Positions 49,823 to 59,460 of a DNA stretch of 64,000 bases are shown here, piece after piece; positions within the stretch are counted from its first letter, which is position 1, and every line of letters starts with the position of its first letter. This stretch comes from Planctomycetota bacterium (GTDB taxonomy: Bacteria > Planctomycetota > B15-G4 > SIAN01): assembly GCA_031409275.1 (NCBI GenBank), contig JANNXA010000050.1:160001-224000 (forward strand). The letters are read 5' to 3'. Both the position numbers and the translations under genes were made by a program. The notes under the pieces are model-generated. The model was not told where the DNA came from. It did no database searches and saw only the letters and a list, made by a program, of their open reading frames with translations.

Positions 49823-50654
49823 GAAGCTGTTTGCCGCTCTCCTGGCGCTGACCGGCGGCGACACCATCGAGGAGATGCTGCGCGCCAACGAGTTGCTGGT
49901 GACGCAACTGCTCGATCTGCAGCAGCGCGTGCGCTCGGGCGAACTCGTGCCGCTCGCCGAGCTCGGACTCGCGGCGCCGACGCGCGAGGAGATCCTCTCG
50001 GGACTCGACGTGCGCGCCGCATTGAAGCTCGGCATCGAGCCTTCCGCCGTTCGTGATCGCCTCGCACCGGGATTCGACGCCGAGCTCGATCAGCTCGCGA
50101 CGCAACGTGAGAAGCTCCTGTCGGGCCCGCCGTCGGACCCTTCGCCTCTCCTCACGCTGATGCTCGACTTCGAGGTCGAGATGAAGGCGCTGCAGGATCG
50201 CCGCCGCCAATCGCTGCGGCTGAAGAACCCGCTCGACTCCGGACCGCTCGCCTCGACGCTCCAGCCCGAAGGTGCTCCCGGTCCTGCGGTGGTCGATGGA
50301 GTCGACGCCGCGGCTCCGGCAGACGGTGGCAGCTCGCACCGCCCACGGCCCTCCCCCGTCGACGCTCGCCTTGCCGCCGCCGCGCTCTATCGGGCGGGCC
50401 GTTGGCAAGAGGCACTCGACGCGTGGGGCCGCATGGCCTCGGACGCGAAGCCGACGATCGAGGAGGAGTACCAGCGCGCCGACTGCCTCATGCGCCTGAC
50501 GCGTGCCGACGAGGCGATCGAGATCTGGGAGAAGATCGCGGCCGAACACGCCGACACGCCGTGGGGCGCGCAGTCGACCTTCTCGCTCAAGGTGGCGCGC
50601 GCCCTCTCGGCGCTGCAGCGAGCCAAGCAGCCCGCGGCGGGAGGCAAGTCGTGA
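49812..50654 (+). CDS. hypothetical protein with C-terminal TPR repeats, 280 aa
   Basis: GGAG RBS; LYRAGRWQEALDAW and YQRADCLMRL...EAIEIWEKI...TPWG. Confidence 0.75.
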   Translation: MAAEKLFAALLALTGGDTIEEMLRANELLVTQLLDLQQRVRSGELVPLAELGLAAPTREEILSGLDVRAALKLGIEPSAVRDRLAPGFDAELDQLATQREKLLSGPPSDPSPLLTLMLDFEVEMKALQDRRRQSLRLKNPLDSGPLASTLQPEGAPGPAVVDGVDAAAPADGGSSHRPRPSPVDARLAAAALYRAGRWQEALDAWGRMASDAKPTIEEEYQRADCLMRLTRADEAIEIWEKIAAEHADTPWGAQSTFSLKVARALSALQRAKQPAAGGKS

Positions 50655-51904
50655 ACGCCGCCGTCGCCGTTCGCGATCCGCAGGCGCTGGCGCGCAGCTT
50701 CGACGCCTTCACCCGCATCTCGCGCGAGCTCGAGGTCGCGTACGACCGGCTGCGCGAGCAGGCGGCTCGCATCGACCTCGCGCTGGCCGACACCAACCGT
50801 CGACTCGCCGCCAAGGTCGCCGAGCTCGATGCCGTGCTGTCGAGCTTGAAGGGCGCCGTCGTCGTGACCGATCCGGAAGGCCGCATCACGCTGGCCAATC
50901 GTTCGTTCGCCGAGCTCGCCGGCTCCGAGCCCGACGCCCTGGTCGGCCGTCGCAAGGCGGAGCTGCGCGACGAGCAGGGGCTGCCGCTGTGCGAGCCGAA
51001 CGGCGAGGACGCTGACCGCGTCGCCCTCCCCTGCCGCACGCTCGCCATCGAGGGGGCCACCCGCGTGGTCCGCTCGTCGCGGGCGCCGGTGGTCGACGCC
51101 GATGGCCGCGCGCTCGGCGAGGTCGAAGCGCTCTCGGACGAGACCGAACTCGAGGCGCTTCGAGACGAGGTGCGCCGTCGCGAGACGCTGACCGCGCTCG
51201 GCGAGATGGCCGCCGGCATCGCCCACGAGATCAGGAACCCGCTCACCGCGATCGAAGGCTTCTCGCAACTGCTGATCGCGGTGCTGCCGGACGGCAACGA
51301 CGACTGCGCCAACCATGCGCGACGCATCAGCCAGGCGGTCCGCAAGGCCAACTCCATCATCACCAACCTGCTCTGCTTCGCGCGGCCGGACCAGTTCCGG
51401 CCCCAGCGCTCCCGCCTCGCACCGCTGCTGGCCGAGCTGCGCGCCAGCTTCGTCGACGGCGCCGAAGGGCTCGCGACTGTCGAAGTGCGCGCGACCGAAC
51501 CCACCGATCTCACGGTGGCCTGCGACCTCGCGCTGATCGAGCGCGTGCTGGTCAATCTGGTCGAGAACGCGCGCCGAGAGGCCGGCGCCGCCGGTCGCGT
51601 CGTCGTGCGCGCTCGCGGCGGCGAGGACGAGGTCGTGCTCTCCGTCGAGGATGACGGCCCCGGGATCCCGACCGCGCTGCGCGGGAAGCTGTTCCGACCG
51701 TTCGTCACCGGCCGCGCCGACGGCACCGGACTCGGCCTGTTCCTCGTCCACCGCATCGTCGAGCTGCACCACGGCCGCGTCGTCGCGCAGGACCGCGTCG
51801 GCGGCGGCACGACCTTCACCGTCCACCTGCCCACCGGCGCCGCGACGGCGGCCGCCTCCGCATCGGTCACCGCCTTCGCCAATCTCCGAGGGATCGAAGC
51901 ATGA
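50651..51904 (+). CDS. cytoplasmic PAS sensor histidine kinase (FleS/FlgS-like), 417 aa
   Basis: N-terminal coiled coil, PAS (VVVTDPEGRITLAN), LGEMAAGIAHEIRNPL, NLVENA, DDGPG, GTGLGL. Confidence 0.93.
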   Translation: MNAAVAVRDPQALARSFDAFTRISRELEVAYDRLREQAARIDLALADTNRRLAAKVAELDAVLSSLKGAVVVTDPEGRITLANRSFAELAGSEPDALVGRRKAELRDEQGLPLCEPNGEDADRVALPCRTLAIEGATRVVRSSRAPVVDADGRALGEVEALSDETELEALRDEVRRRETLTALGEMAAGIAHEIRNPLTAIEGFSQLLIAVLPDGNDDCANHARRISQAVRKANSIITNLLCFARPDQFRPQRSRLAPLLAELRASFVDGAEGLATVEVRATEPTDLTVACDLALIERVLVNLVENARREAGAAGRVVVRARGGEDEVVLSVEDDGPGIPTALRGKLFRPFVTGRADGTGLGLFLVHRIVELHHGRVVAQDRVGGGTTFTVHLPTGAATAAASASVTAFANLRGIEA

Positions 51905-53328
51905 AGCTCGAACGGGCGCTTGTCGTCGAGGACGACCAGCTCGGCCGCGAGTTCGTCGCGGAGGCGCTCGAGCGCCTCGGCATCGCCGCACGCGTGGCGA
52001 GGAACGGCCGGGAGGCGATCGCGCTCCTCGAACGCGAGGAGGTGGACTTCATCCTCACCGACTTGCGCATGCCGGAGGTCGACGGGCTCGGCGTCCTGCG
52101 CGCCGCGCGCGAACTCGCGCCCAACACCCCGATCGCGCTGATGACGGCGCACGGCACGCTCGACATCGCCGTCCAGGCGCTGCGAGAGGGCGCCGACGAC
52201 ATCCTGCTCAAGCCGTTCGGACCCGACCAGCTCGCGCTGCTGCTCGAACGGATCGGCGGCCGCATGCAGCTGCGCCACGAGAACCGGCGGCTGCGCCTCG
52301 AACTCGAAAGCGATGCCGGCACCCGCGAGATCGTCGGCAGCTCGCCAGCGATCCGCTCGGTGCTCGACCAGATCCGGCGCGTCGCGGCCAGCAAAGCGAC
52401 CGTCTTCATCCGCGGCGAGAGCGGCACCGGCAAGGAGCTCGCGGCGCGCGCGATCCACCAGATGTCGCCGCGCAAGGACGCCCCCTTCGTTCGCGTGAAC
52501 TGCGCCGCGCTTTCCGAGACCCTCCTCGAGAGCGAGCTGTTCGGACACGAGCGCGGGGCGTTCACCGGCGCGACGCAGCGGCGCGAGGGGCGCTTCGAAC
52601 TGGCCCACAAGGGAACGTTGCTGCTCGACGAGGTGAGCGAAGTGTCGCCGCGGATCCAGGCCAAGCTGCTGCGCGTCCTCGAAGAGGAGGAGTTCGAGCG
52701 CGTCGGCGGCACGCGCACGCTGCAGGTCGACGTGCGCGTCATCGCGACCAGCAACCGCGACCTCGAAGCGGCGCTGCGCGACGGGTCGTTCCGCGAGGAC
52801 CTCTTCTATCGACTCCACGTGGTGCCGCTGCAGCTGCCGCCGCTGCGCGAGCGGGCGCAGGACGTCCCCGAACTCGCGGCCGCCTTCCTCGCCCGCTTCG
52901 CCAAGGAGAACGGCAAGGTCGTGCGGCGGATCACTCCCGAAGCGATGGGCCGGCTCGCCGCCTATCGCTGGCCGGGCAACATCCGCGAGCTCAGCAACGT
53001 GATCCAGCGCGCCGTCGTGCTGGCGCCCGGCGACACCGTCGAAGTCGAGCAGCTGCCGCTGCCGGCCGTCGAACAGGGCCGCGCCGACGCGATGGCGGGC
53101 GCGGTCGGCATGCGCGCCGAAGACGTCGAGCGCGAGCTGATCCTGCGCACGCTGCGCTCGACCGGCGGCAACCGGACGCGAACCGCCGACCTGCTCGACC
53201 TCACCGCGCGCACCATCAACAACAAGATCCGCCTCTATCGCACGCAAGGCCACGCGATCCCGGAACCGACTCGCGGCATCGCGCGCCCCAAGCCCCGCGA
53301 ACTCGAGGCGGCGGGAGAAGTGACATGA
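51901..53328 (+). CDS. sigma54-dependent response regulator (FleR/FlgR-like; REC-AAA+-HTH)
   Basis: DLRMP, GESGTGKE, ESELFGHERGAFTGA, LLDE, FREDLFYRL, WPGNIREL, GNRTRTADLL. Confidence 0.95.
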   Translation: MKLERALVVEDDQLGREFVAEALERLGIAARVARNGREAIALLEREEVDFILTDLRMPEVDGLGVLRAARELAPNTPIALMTAHGTLDIAVQALREGADDILLKPFGPDQLALLLERIGGRMQLRHENRRLRLELESDAGTREIVGSSPAIRSVLDQIRRVAASKATVFIRGESGTGKELAARAIHQMSPRKDAPFVRVNCAALSETLLESELFGHERGAFTGATQRREGRFELAHKGTLLLDEVSEVSPRIQAKLLRVLEEEEFERVGGTRTLQVDVRVIATSNRDLEAALRDGSFREDLFYRLHVVPLQLPPLRERAQDVPELAAAFLARFAKENGKVVRRITPEAMGRLAAYRWPGNIRELSNVIQRAVVLAPGDTVEVEQLPLPAVEQGRADAMAGAVGMRAEDVERELILRTLRSTGGNRTRTADLLDLTARTINNKIRLYRTQGHAIPEPTRGIARPKPRELEAAGEVT

Positions 53329-53699
53329 ACGATTTCGACAAGAGCTTCGCGGTCACGCAGAAGATCCTCGACTGGACCACGGCGCGCGCACGCGCGTTGA
53401 CGACCAACATCGCCCACGCCAGCGAACCGGGCTACAAGCGCGTCGACGTCAGCTTCGCCGACCTGCTGGACGCGATGCGCGCGGAGCGCGATCACGGCCA
53501 GAAGGGCGCGCTCGCCCGCGCCACGCCCAAGCCGGAAGTCGACCTCTTCGCGGCGCCGAGCGCCAACGGCAACACGGTCGACTTCGAGCGCGAACAGGTG
53601 CAGATCGACAAGAACTCGATGACCCACGAGCTCGCCACGTTCTTCGCGAACTCGAAACTCAACTCGATGCGTTCCGCGATCCGCGGCCACGCGAGCTGA
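53325..53699 (+). CDS. flgB: flagellar basal-body rod protein FlgB
   Basis: NIAHASEPGYKRVDVSF, NGNTVDFERE; position before flgC. Confidence 0.9.
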   Translation: MNDFDKSFAVTQKILDWTTARARALTTNIAHASEPGYKRVDVSFADLLDAMRAERDHGQKGALARATPKPEVDLFAAPSANGNTVDFEREQVQIDKNSMTHELATFFANSKLNSMRSAIRGHAS

Positions 53700-53710
53700 A
53701 GGAGGTTGCC

Positions 53711-54151
53711 ATGTCGGAACCGCTGTCGTTCCAGGTCTTCGACATCACGGCGTCGGCGCTCGCCGCCGAACGCACGCGCCTTGCCGTGATCGCGCAGAAC
53801 ATCGCCAACTCCGAGGTGACGAAGGCGGCGAACGGCCAGCCCTACCGCCGGCAGCGCGTGCAGTTCGAGGGCGTGCTGGCGCAGGAAGTCGCGCGCCGCG
53901 GCAAGGGCCAGGGCAGCCTGCCGGCCGGCGGCATTCGCGCCATCGTCGGCGACGCGCCCGGCGACTTCCAGCGCGTGCGCGACCCCGGACACAAGGACGC
54001 GGACAAGGACGGCTGGGTGCAGAAGCCCAACGTCAACGTCGTCGAGGAGATGGTCGACATGATCGACGCCTCGCGCACCTACGAAGCGAACCTCTCCGCG
54101 CTGCGCACCTGGAAGCAGATGCTGTCGCGCACGCTCGAGATGACCCGGTGA
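53711..54151 (+). CDS. flgC: flagellar basal-body rod protein FlgC
   Basis: ASALAAERTRL..IAQNIAN, PYRR, DPGHKDAD..G.V..PNVNVVEEMVDMI.ASR.YEAN. Confidence 0.97.
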   Translation: MSEPLSFQVFDITASALAAERTRLAVIAQNIANSEVTKAANGQPYRRQRVQFEGVLAQEVARRGKGQGSLPAGGIRAIVGDAPGDFQRVRDPGHKDADKDGWVQKPNVNVVEEMVDMIDASRTYEANLSALRTWKQMLSRTLEMTR

Positions 54152-54441
54152 GCGGGCTCGACGTCAGCCAGGTCCGCTCGCTGCTCGAGCAGGCCCAGAA
54201 AGGCGCCGCCGGCAAGTCGAATGCGACGCCGGCCCAGGACTTCGCCGACCTGCTGGCCGAGACCAGCCAGAAGCAGCGCGGGGCCGAGAAGGCGTTCGAG
54301 GACTACGCCGTCGCCGGCAAGGGCGAACTGCACGACGTGATGGCGCAGATGGCGAAGGCCGACGTCGCGTTCCGCTTCCTGCTCGAGGTGCGCAACAAGC
54401 TGACCGACGCCTACCAGGAGATCTCGCGCATCCAGGTCTAG
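54148..54441 (+). CDS. fliE: flagellar hook-basal body protein FliE
   Basis: LHDVM..M.KA.V.F...LEVRNKL..AYQEI. Confidence 0.95.
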   Translation: MSGLDVSQVRSLLEQAQKGAAGKSNATPAQDFADLLAETSQKQRGAEKAFEDYAVAGKGELHDVMAQMAKADVAFRFLLEVRNKLTDAYQEISRIQV

Positions 54442-54484
54442 GCCCTGATTCGTGCCCGATCGAACCACCGAAAGCGAGTGATCC

Positions 54485-56095
54485 ATGAACTTCTGGCAGG
54501 AGATCCTGAGCCGTCCCCGCGACGTCTACGCGAAGCTCTCGCGCGGACAACGCTTCGGCGTGCTTGCGCTCTTCTCGATCGGTGTCGTCGTCGCCGTGCT
54601 GTCGAGCCTGCTCGCCGGCCGCCAGAGCTACTCGATGCTCTACAGCGGCCTCGAGCCCGACGCCGCCAGCGAGCTGGTGACCAAGCTCGCCGAGCTCGGC
54701 GTCCCCTACACGATCTCGCCCGACGGCGGGATGGTGTCGGTCCCCGACGACCGCGTCGCCGAGATCAAGATGCAGCTCGCCGCGGCAGGGCTGCCGAAGA
54801 TCGGCTCGAGCGGCTGGGACCTCTTCGACGGCAACCAGCTCGGCCTCACCGACTCGCTGTTCAACGTCAACCTGCAGCGCGCGATCCAGGGCGAGATCGA
54901 GAAGTCGATCACCAAGTGCGGCCCGGTGAAGCAGGCGCGCGTGATGGTCTCGCTCAAGGAACCGGGCGTCTACTCGAAGGACAAGTCGCGGGCGTCGGCG
55001 TCCGTCACGCTGTGGCTGCGGCCCGGCATGCCGCTGTCCGACTCGCAGGTCGCCGCGGTCGCTCACGTCGTCGCCGCGGGCGTCGGCTACGGCATGCGTC
55101 CCGAGGACGTGAAGATCAGCGATTCGAACTTCAACCTGCTCTACCCAAGCGGGAACGGCAACGACCCGATGTTCTCGACGGAGTACCTCCAGAAGGCGCA
55201 GTCGCTGGAGCGCGCGCTGCAGGAGAAGGCCGAGTCGCAGCTGCGCACGGCGTTCGGCGAGAACAAGGCTTCGGTGCGGGTCAGCGTCGAGCTCGACCTG
55301 AAGCACCGCGAGAAGGCGATCGAGAAGGTCGACGACAAGAACAAGGTCCCGGTGAAGCTGTTCGTCGACAAGGAGGAGCTCGCCGGCGGCAGCGCGACCG
55401 GCGGCGACCCGAGCCTTTCGAGCGGACCGAAGAAGAGCGGCGAGCCGAAGACGCTGCGGTCGGAGTCGCAGACGGAGTACCGCGAAGGCGTCGAGCGGTC
55501 GCTCGAGATCGAGGCGGCCGGCCAGATCCTCCACATGTCGGTGAGCCTCCTCCTCGACGAGAGCCTGATCGCGCCCGGAGCCGACGGCCAGCCCGCGGTG
55601 AAGGCCGAAGACATCGAAGCGATCGTGAAGAACGCGGTCGGATTCGTCGAGGGCAAGGGCAAGACTCGCCAGGACTCGTTCAAGACGATGACCACCGCCT
55701 TCGCGAAGGCGGCGGCGCCGGAGGAGCCGGCGGGCCCCTTCGCGATCGAGAACCTGCTGCCGCTCGCCGGCCACCTCGCCGAGGCGATCACCGTCCTCGT
55801 GGTCCTGCTGACGCTGACCCGCATCGTGCGCGGCGGCGCTCCGAAGGCCAAGAAGAGCTCGGCGACGACGGCGATGAGCGGAGCGAACGGCGCCGCGATG
55901 GCGGGGAAGGCCGGCAAAGCCGGCAAGCCCGCGAAGAACACCGGCGTCGAGGACCTCGACGAGATGGAGGAGCTGGTGCTCGGCGCGGAGCGAGGCATCG
56001 ACGTGCGCACGCGCCTCGCCCGCTTCGTCCAGCACCATCCCGACCAGGCGCGCGAAGTGTTGGTGGCGTGGCTCAAGGAAGAAGCGGCGGCCTGA
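54485..56095 (+). CDS. fliF: flagellar MS-ring protein FliF
   Basis: N-terminal TM, LYSGL, G.DLFD, RAIQGEIEKSI, ARV, ASASV; second TM; P...REVLVAWL. Confidence 0.93.
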   Translation: MNFWQEILSRPRDVYAKLSRGQRFGVLALFSIGVVVAVLSSLLAGRQSYSMLYSGLEPDAASELVTKLAELGVPYTISPDGGMVSVPDDRVAEIKMQLAAAGLPKIGSSGWDLFDGNQLGLTDSLFNVNLQRAIQGEIEKSITKCGPVKQARVMVSLKEPGVYSKDKSRASASVTLWLRPGMPLSDSQVAAVAHVVAAGVGYGMRPEDVKISDSNFNLLYPSGNGNDPMFSTEYLQKAQSLERALQEKAESQLRTAFGENKASVRVSVELDLKHREKAIEKVDDKNKVPVKLFVDKEELAGGSATGGDPSLSSGPKKSGEPKTLRSESQTEYREGVERSLEIEAAGQILHMSVSLLLDESLIAPGADGQPAVKAEDIEAIVKNAVGFVEGKGKTRQDSFKTMTTAFAKAAAPEEPAGPFAIENLLPLAGHLAEAITVLVVLLTLTRIVRGGAPKAKKSSATTAMSGANGAAMAGKAGKAGKPAKNTGVEDLDEMEELVLGAERGIDVRTRLARFVQHHPDQAREVLVAWLKEEAAA

Positions 56096-56122
56096 CGGCC
56101 CGATCCGGATCGGAGGAACTCC

Positions 56123-57124
56123 ATGGTCATGAAGCTGCGCGGTGCCCAGAAGATTGCAGCGGTCCTGCTCGGTCTCGACAAGGACGTCGCGGCGCGGCTC
56201 ATGCAGGCGTTGCCCAGCGATCGGCTCGATCCCGTCACGGAGGCGATGGTCGAGCTCTCCGATCGCCGTCTCACGCCGCAGGACACCGAGCCGGCGCTGG
56301 ACGAGTACGTGAAGCGCATCGCGGCCGGCGCATCGGCCACGAACGACTTCAAGGAACTGCTGCGCCAGGCCCTCGGCGCGGAGAGGGCCGACGAGCACCT
56401 CCACAAGATGCAGGGGCTGCGCGAGCGCGGCAATCCGCTGGCGCCGCTCGAGCTGCTGCCGCCGCAGGAAGTGGCGGAAGTGCTGCAGGACGAGAACGAG
56501 CAGGTCTGCGCCATCGTGCTGACCGGCATGAAGGCGACCGCGGCGGCGCGCGTGCTCGAGTGCTTCCCCGTCGAGCGCCGTCCGCTGGTGATCGGCCGCA
56601 TCGCCAAGTCGGCGACGCCGCGCCGCGAGCTGCAGGAGGAGATCGCGGCCGCGCTGCTGATGCGACTGGCACCGGCGCAACCGACACGTCGCGGCGACGC
56701 CCGCGGCGTCTCCGTCGCGGCGCAGATCATCAACTACCTCTCGCAAGACACCGAGGCAGCGATCACCGAGTCGCTGCAGCAGTCGGAGGAGACGCTGTTC
56801 CAGCAGATCGACGAGCAGCGCGTGACGATGGAGGACCTCGTCGGCATCGACAAGCGGGCCATGCAGAAGATCCTCGCGGCGATCGACACGCGCGTGCTCA
56901 CCGTCGCGCTCAAGAGCGCCTCCAAGGAAGTCGAGAGCGCGATCCTCGACAACGTCTCGAAGCGTTCGCGCGAGACGATCCTCGAGGAGCGCGAGCTGCT
57001 CGGCGCGCTGCCGATGACCGAGATCCAGCAGGCGCGCATGGAGCTCCTGAACCAGGTGCGCGCGCTCATGAAGAGCGGCGAAGTGAAGCTGCGCCGAGCG
57101 GGAGGCGACGATGTCGTCGAATGA
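56123..57124 (+). CDS. fliG: flagellar motor switch protein FliG
   Basis: GAQKIAAVLL, ENEQVCAIVL, AAQIIN, ALK, NVSKR..ETILEE. Confidence 0.93.
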   Translation: MVMKLRGAQKIAAVLLGLDKDVAARLMQALPSDRLDPVTEAMVELSDRRLTPQDTEPALDEYVKRIAAGASATNDFKELLRQALGAERADEHLHKMQGLRERGNPLAPLELLPPQEVAEVLQDENEQVCAIVLTGMKATAAARVLECFPVERRPLVIGRIAKSATPRRELQEEIAAALLMRLAPAQPTRRGDARGVSVAAQIINYLSQDTEAAITESLQQSEETLFQQIDEQRVTMEDLVGIDKRAMQKILAAIDTRVLTVALKSASKEVESAILDNVSKRSRETILEERELLGALPMTEIQQARMELLNQVRALMKSGEVKLRRAGGDDVVE

Positions 57125-57686
57125 CGCCGCGAACGACAAGGTCTGCCACGCGCTCGCCGGAGTGGGCGCGCGCGCGGGCGGCGTCTCGATGCGCGCCGGA
57201 GCGACCGTGCGCGTGGTCGATCGCACCCCGGCGCTGCCGCCGCCGCCGACCATCGATGTCGCGCCGCTGGCGCGCGCGCTCGAGGCCGGCTTCAAGTCCT
57301 TGAAGGTGCAGGTCGAGATCAGCTTCGCCGAGATCGAGCGCGAGTGCGTCGAGCTCGCGCTCGGCGCTGCCGAGGCGCTGACGCGCGCGCGCTGCGAGCG
57401 CGGCGAACTGGCGCTGGAGGCGCCGCTCAGCGCGCTGCTCGCAGCCAAGCGACGCGAGCTCGAGACGCTGCCCGCGCTGCTGCGACTTCACCCCGCCGAC
57501 GCCGAGGCGATCGGCCCGAAGCTCGCCGAGCTCACGCCGCCAAACGCCCGGGTCGAGCTGCTCGCGGATGGCGCTTCGCCGCGCGGCCAGCTGGCGCTCG
57601 AGATCGGCGCGGCGCGCGTGGTCTGGTCGCTCGGCCAGGAGATCGCGCAGATGCGGCGCGCGCTCTTCGACGGAGGCAAGAGCTGA
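57111..57686 (+). CDS. fliH: FliH-like flagellar export protein (short, divergent)
   Basis: Between fliG and fliI; ELAL..AE, LRLHPAD, D....RG C-terminal pattern. Confidence 0.75.
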   Translation: MSSNDAANDKVCHALAGVGARAGGVSMRAGATVRVVDRTPALPPPPTIDVAPLARALEAGFKSLKVQVEISFAEIERECVELALGAAEALTRARCERGELALEAPLSALLAAKRRELETLPALLRLHPADAEAIGPKLAELTPPNARVELLADGASPRGQLALEIGAARVVWSLGQEIAQMRRALFDGGKS

Positions 57687-59017
57687 TGCCGGCGCTGCGA
57701 CTGGCCCGCTTCAAGGAGCGGATCCCGACGGGGCTCGCGCTGCGCCGCGAAGGGCGCATCCGTCGACTCGTCGGCATGACGCTCGAGGCGGAGGGGCTTC
57801 CGGGCGAGATCGGCGAGCTCTGCTTCGTGCAGGGCGCGCACGGCGAAGTGCCCGTCGAGATCGTCGGTTTCCATGGTGAACGCACCACGCTGCTCCCGCT
57901 CGAGCGGCTCGACGGCATCGCCGATGGCGCGCTGGTCGTCGCCACCGGCGGTCCGTTCTGCGCACCGGTCGGCACCGCGCTGCTCGGCCGCGTGATCGAC
58001 GGCCTCGGGCGGCCGCTCGACGGGAAGGGCGAGCTGCAGGACGTCGGCCGCCGCCCGCTGCTCGCGCCGCCGCCCGATGCGATGAGCCGTCCCAGCATCG
58101 TGCAGCGCTTCGAGACCGGCGTGCGCGCGATCGACCTGCTGAACACGCTCGGAGAGGGACAGCGCGTCGGCATCTTCGCCGGCTCCGGCGTCGGCAAGTC
58201 GACGCTGCTCGGCAAGATCCTGCGCGAAGCGAAGGCCGACGTGACGGTGCTGGCGCTGATCGGCGAGCGCAATCGCGAAGTGCGCGATTTCGTCGACAAG
58301 CAGCTCGGCGTAGCCGGACTGCGCCGCGCCGTGGTGGTCGCCTCCACCTCCGATCGCCCCGCTCTGCAACGGCTGAAGGCGGCGCACCTCGCGGCCACCA
58401 TCGCCGACCACTTCCGCGACGAAGGCAAGCGCGTGCTGCTGGTGATGGACAGCGCGACGCGCTTCGCGATGGCGCTGCGCGAGGCGGGGCTCGCTGCCGG
58501 CGAGCCACCGACCACGCGCGGTTACCCGCCGTCGCTCTTCGCCGAGCTGCCTCGATTGGTCGAGCGCTTCGGAACCAGCGCCAAGGGCTCGATCACCGCA
58601 TTGCTCACCGTGCTGGTCGAAGGCGACGACATGAACGACCCGGTCGCCGACTGCTTGCGCGGCCTCCTCGACGGCCACCTCGTGCTGTCGCGCACGCTGG
58701 CGGAACGCGGCCACTATCCGCCGATCGATCCGCTGAAGAGCCTGTCGCGTCTCATGGACCAGGTCAGCGGCGCGCGCCACCAGGCCGCCGCGCAGAAGCT
58801 GCGCCACTGGCTGGCGCTCTACGAGGACCACCGCGACCTGATCGAGATCGGCGCCTACCGACGCGGCAGCGAACCGATGCTGGACAAGGTGCTGGAGAAG
58901 CTGCCGCAGATCCATGCGCTGCTGAAGCAGGCGCCGGACGAGCGCGCGCCCTTCGACGCCGCGCTCGCCGCGCTGGTCGCGCTGACCGAGCCGACCGAGC
59001 CGAGGAGCTCGCCGTGA
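57686..59017 (+). CDS. fliI: flagellar export ATPase FliI, 443 aa
   Basis: GQRVGIFAGSGVGKSTLL, LIGERNREV, GEPPTTRGYPPS, VLVEGDDMNDP, DGHLVLSR. Confidence 0.96.
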   Translation: MPALRLARFKERIPTGLALRREGRIRRLVGMTLEAEGLPGEIGELCFVQGAHGEVPVEIVGFHGERTTLLPLERLDGIADGALVVATGGPFCAPVGTALLGRVIDGLGRPLDGKGELQDVGRRPLLAPPPDAMSRPSIVQRFETGVRAIDLLNTLGEGQRVGIFAGSGVGKSTLLGKILREAKADVTVLALIGERNREVRDFVDKQLGVAGLRRAVVVASTSDRPALQRLKAAHLAATIADHFRDEGKRVLLVMDSATRFAMALREAGLAAGEPPTTRGYPPSLFAELPRLVERFGTSAKGSITALLTVLVEGDDMNDPVADCLRGLLDGHLVLSRTLAERGHYPPIDPLKSLSRLMDQVSGARHQAAAQKLRHWLALYEDHRDLIEIGAYRRGSEPMLDKVLEKLPQIHALLKQAPDERAPFDAALAALVALTEPTEPRSSP

Positions 59018-59460
59018 AGAAGAGCGGGCTGGCGAGCTGGCACAAGCTGGTCGACGCGCAGGTGCGCGAGCGCAAGCTCGCGTTGGCGCGGGCGCGGCAA
59101 CTGGCGGCGCGCTGCGCCGACATCGAAGCGGTGCTCCTCGGCGAGAGGGCTCGGCGAGACGAGGAGGAGCGGCGCCTGCGCGCGGCGGGCGAGCTGCCCG
59201 ACTTCGCGCGCGAACGGATGAACGTGCTGCTCGAGCAGACACTCGAGCGCGCACGCGACAAGCTCGCCGCCGCACGCGTCGGCGAGGAGCGCGCGCTGGC
59301 CGGGCTGCGCGAGGCGTGGCAGCGCGCGACCGCGGTGGAGCGACTGCTCGACCGCCGCCGCGAGCGCGACGCGACGCAGCGGCTGCAAACGGAACAGAAG
59401 GAAATCGATGAGGTCGCGACGCGGCGTGCCGCCGCTTCGCTCACGGAGACGCGGCGATGA
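59014..59460 (+). CDS. fliJ: FliJ-like flagellar export protein
   Basis: 148-aa coiled coil after fliI ending EQKEIDE. Confidence 0.8.
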   Translation: MKKSGLASWHKLVDAQVRERKLALARARQLAARCADIEAVLLGERARRDEEERRLRAAGELPDFARERMNVLLEQTLERARDKLAAARVGEERALAGLREAWQRATAVERLLDRRRERDATQRLQTEQKEIDEVATRRAAASLTETRR

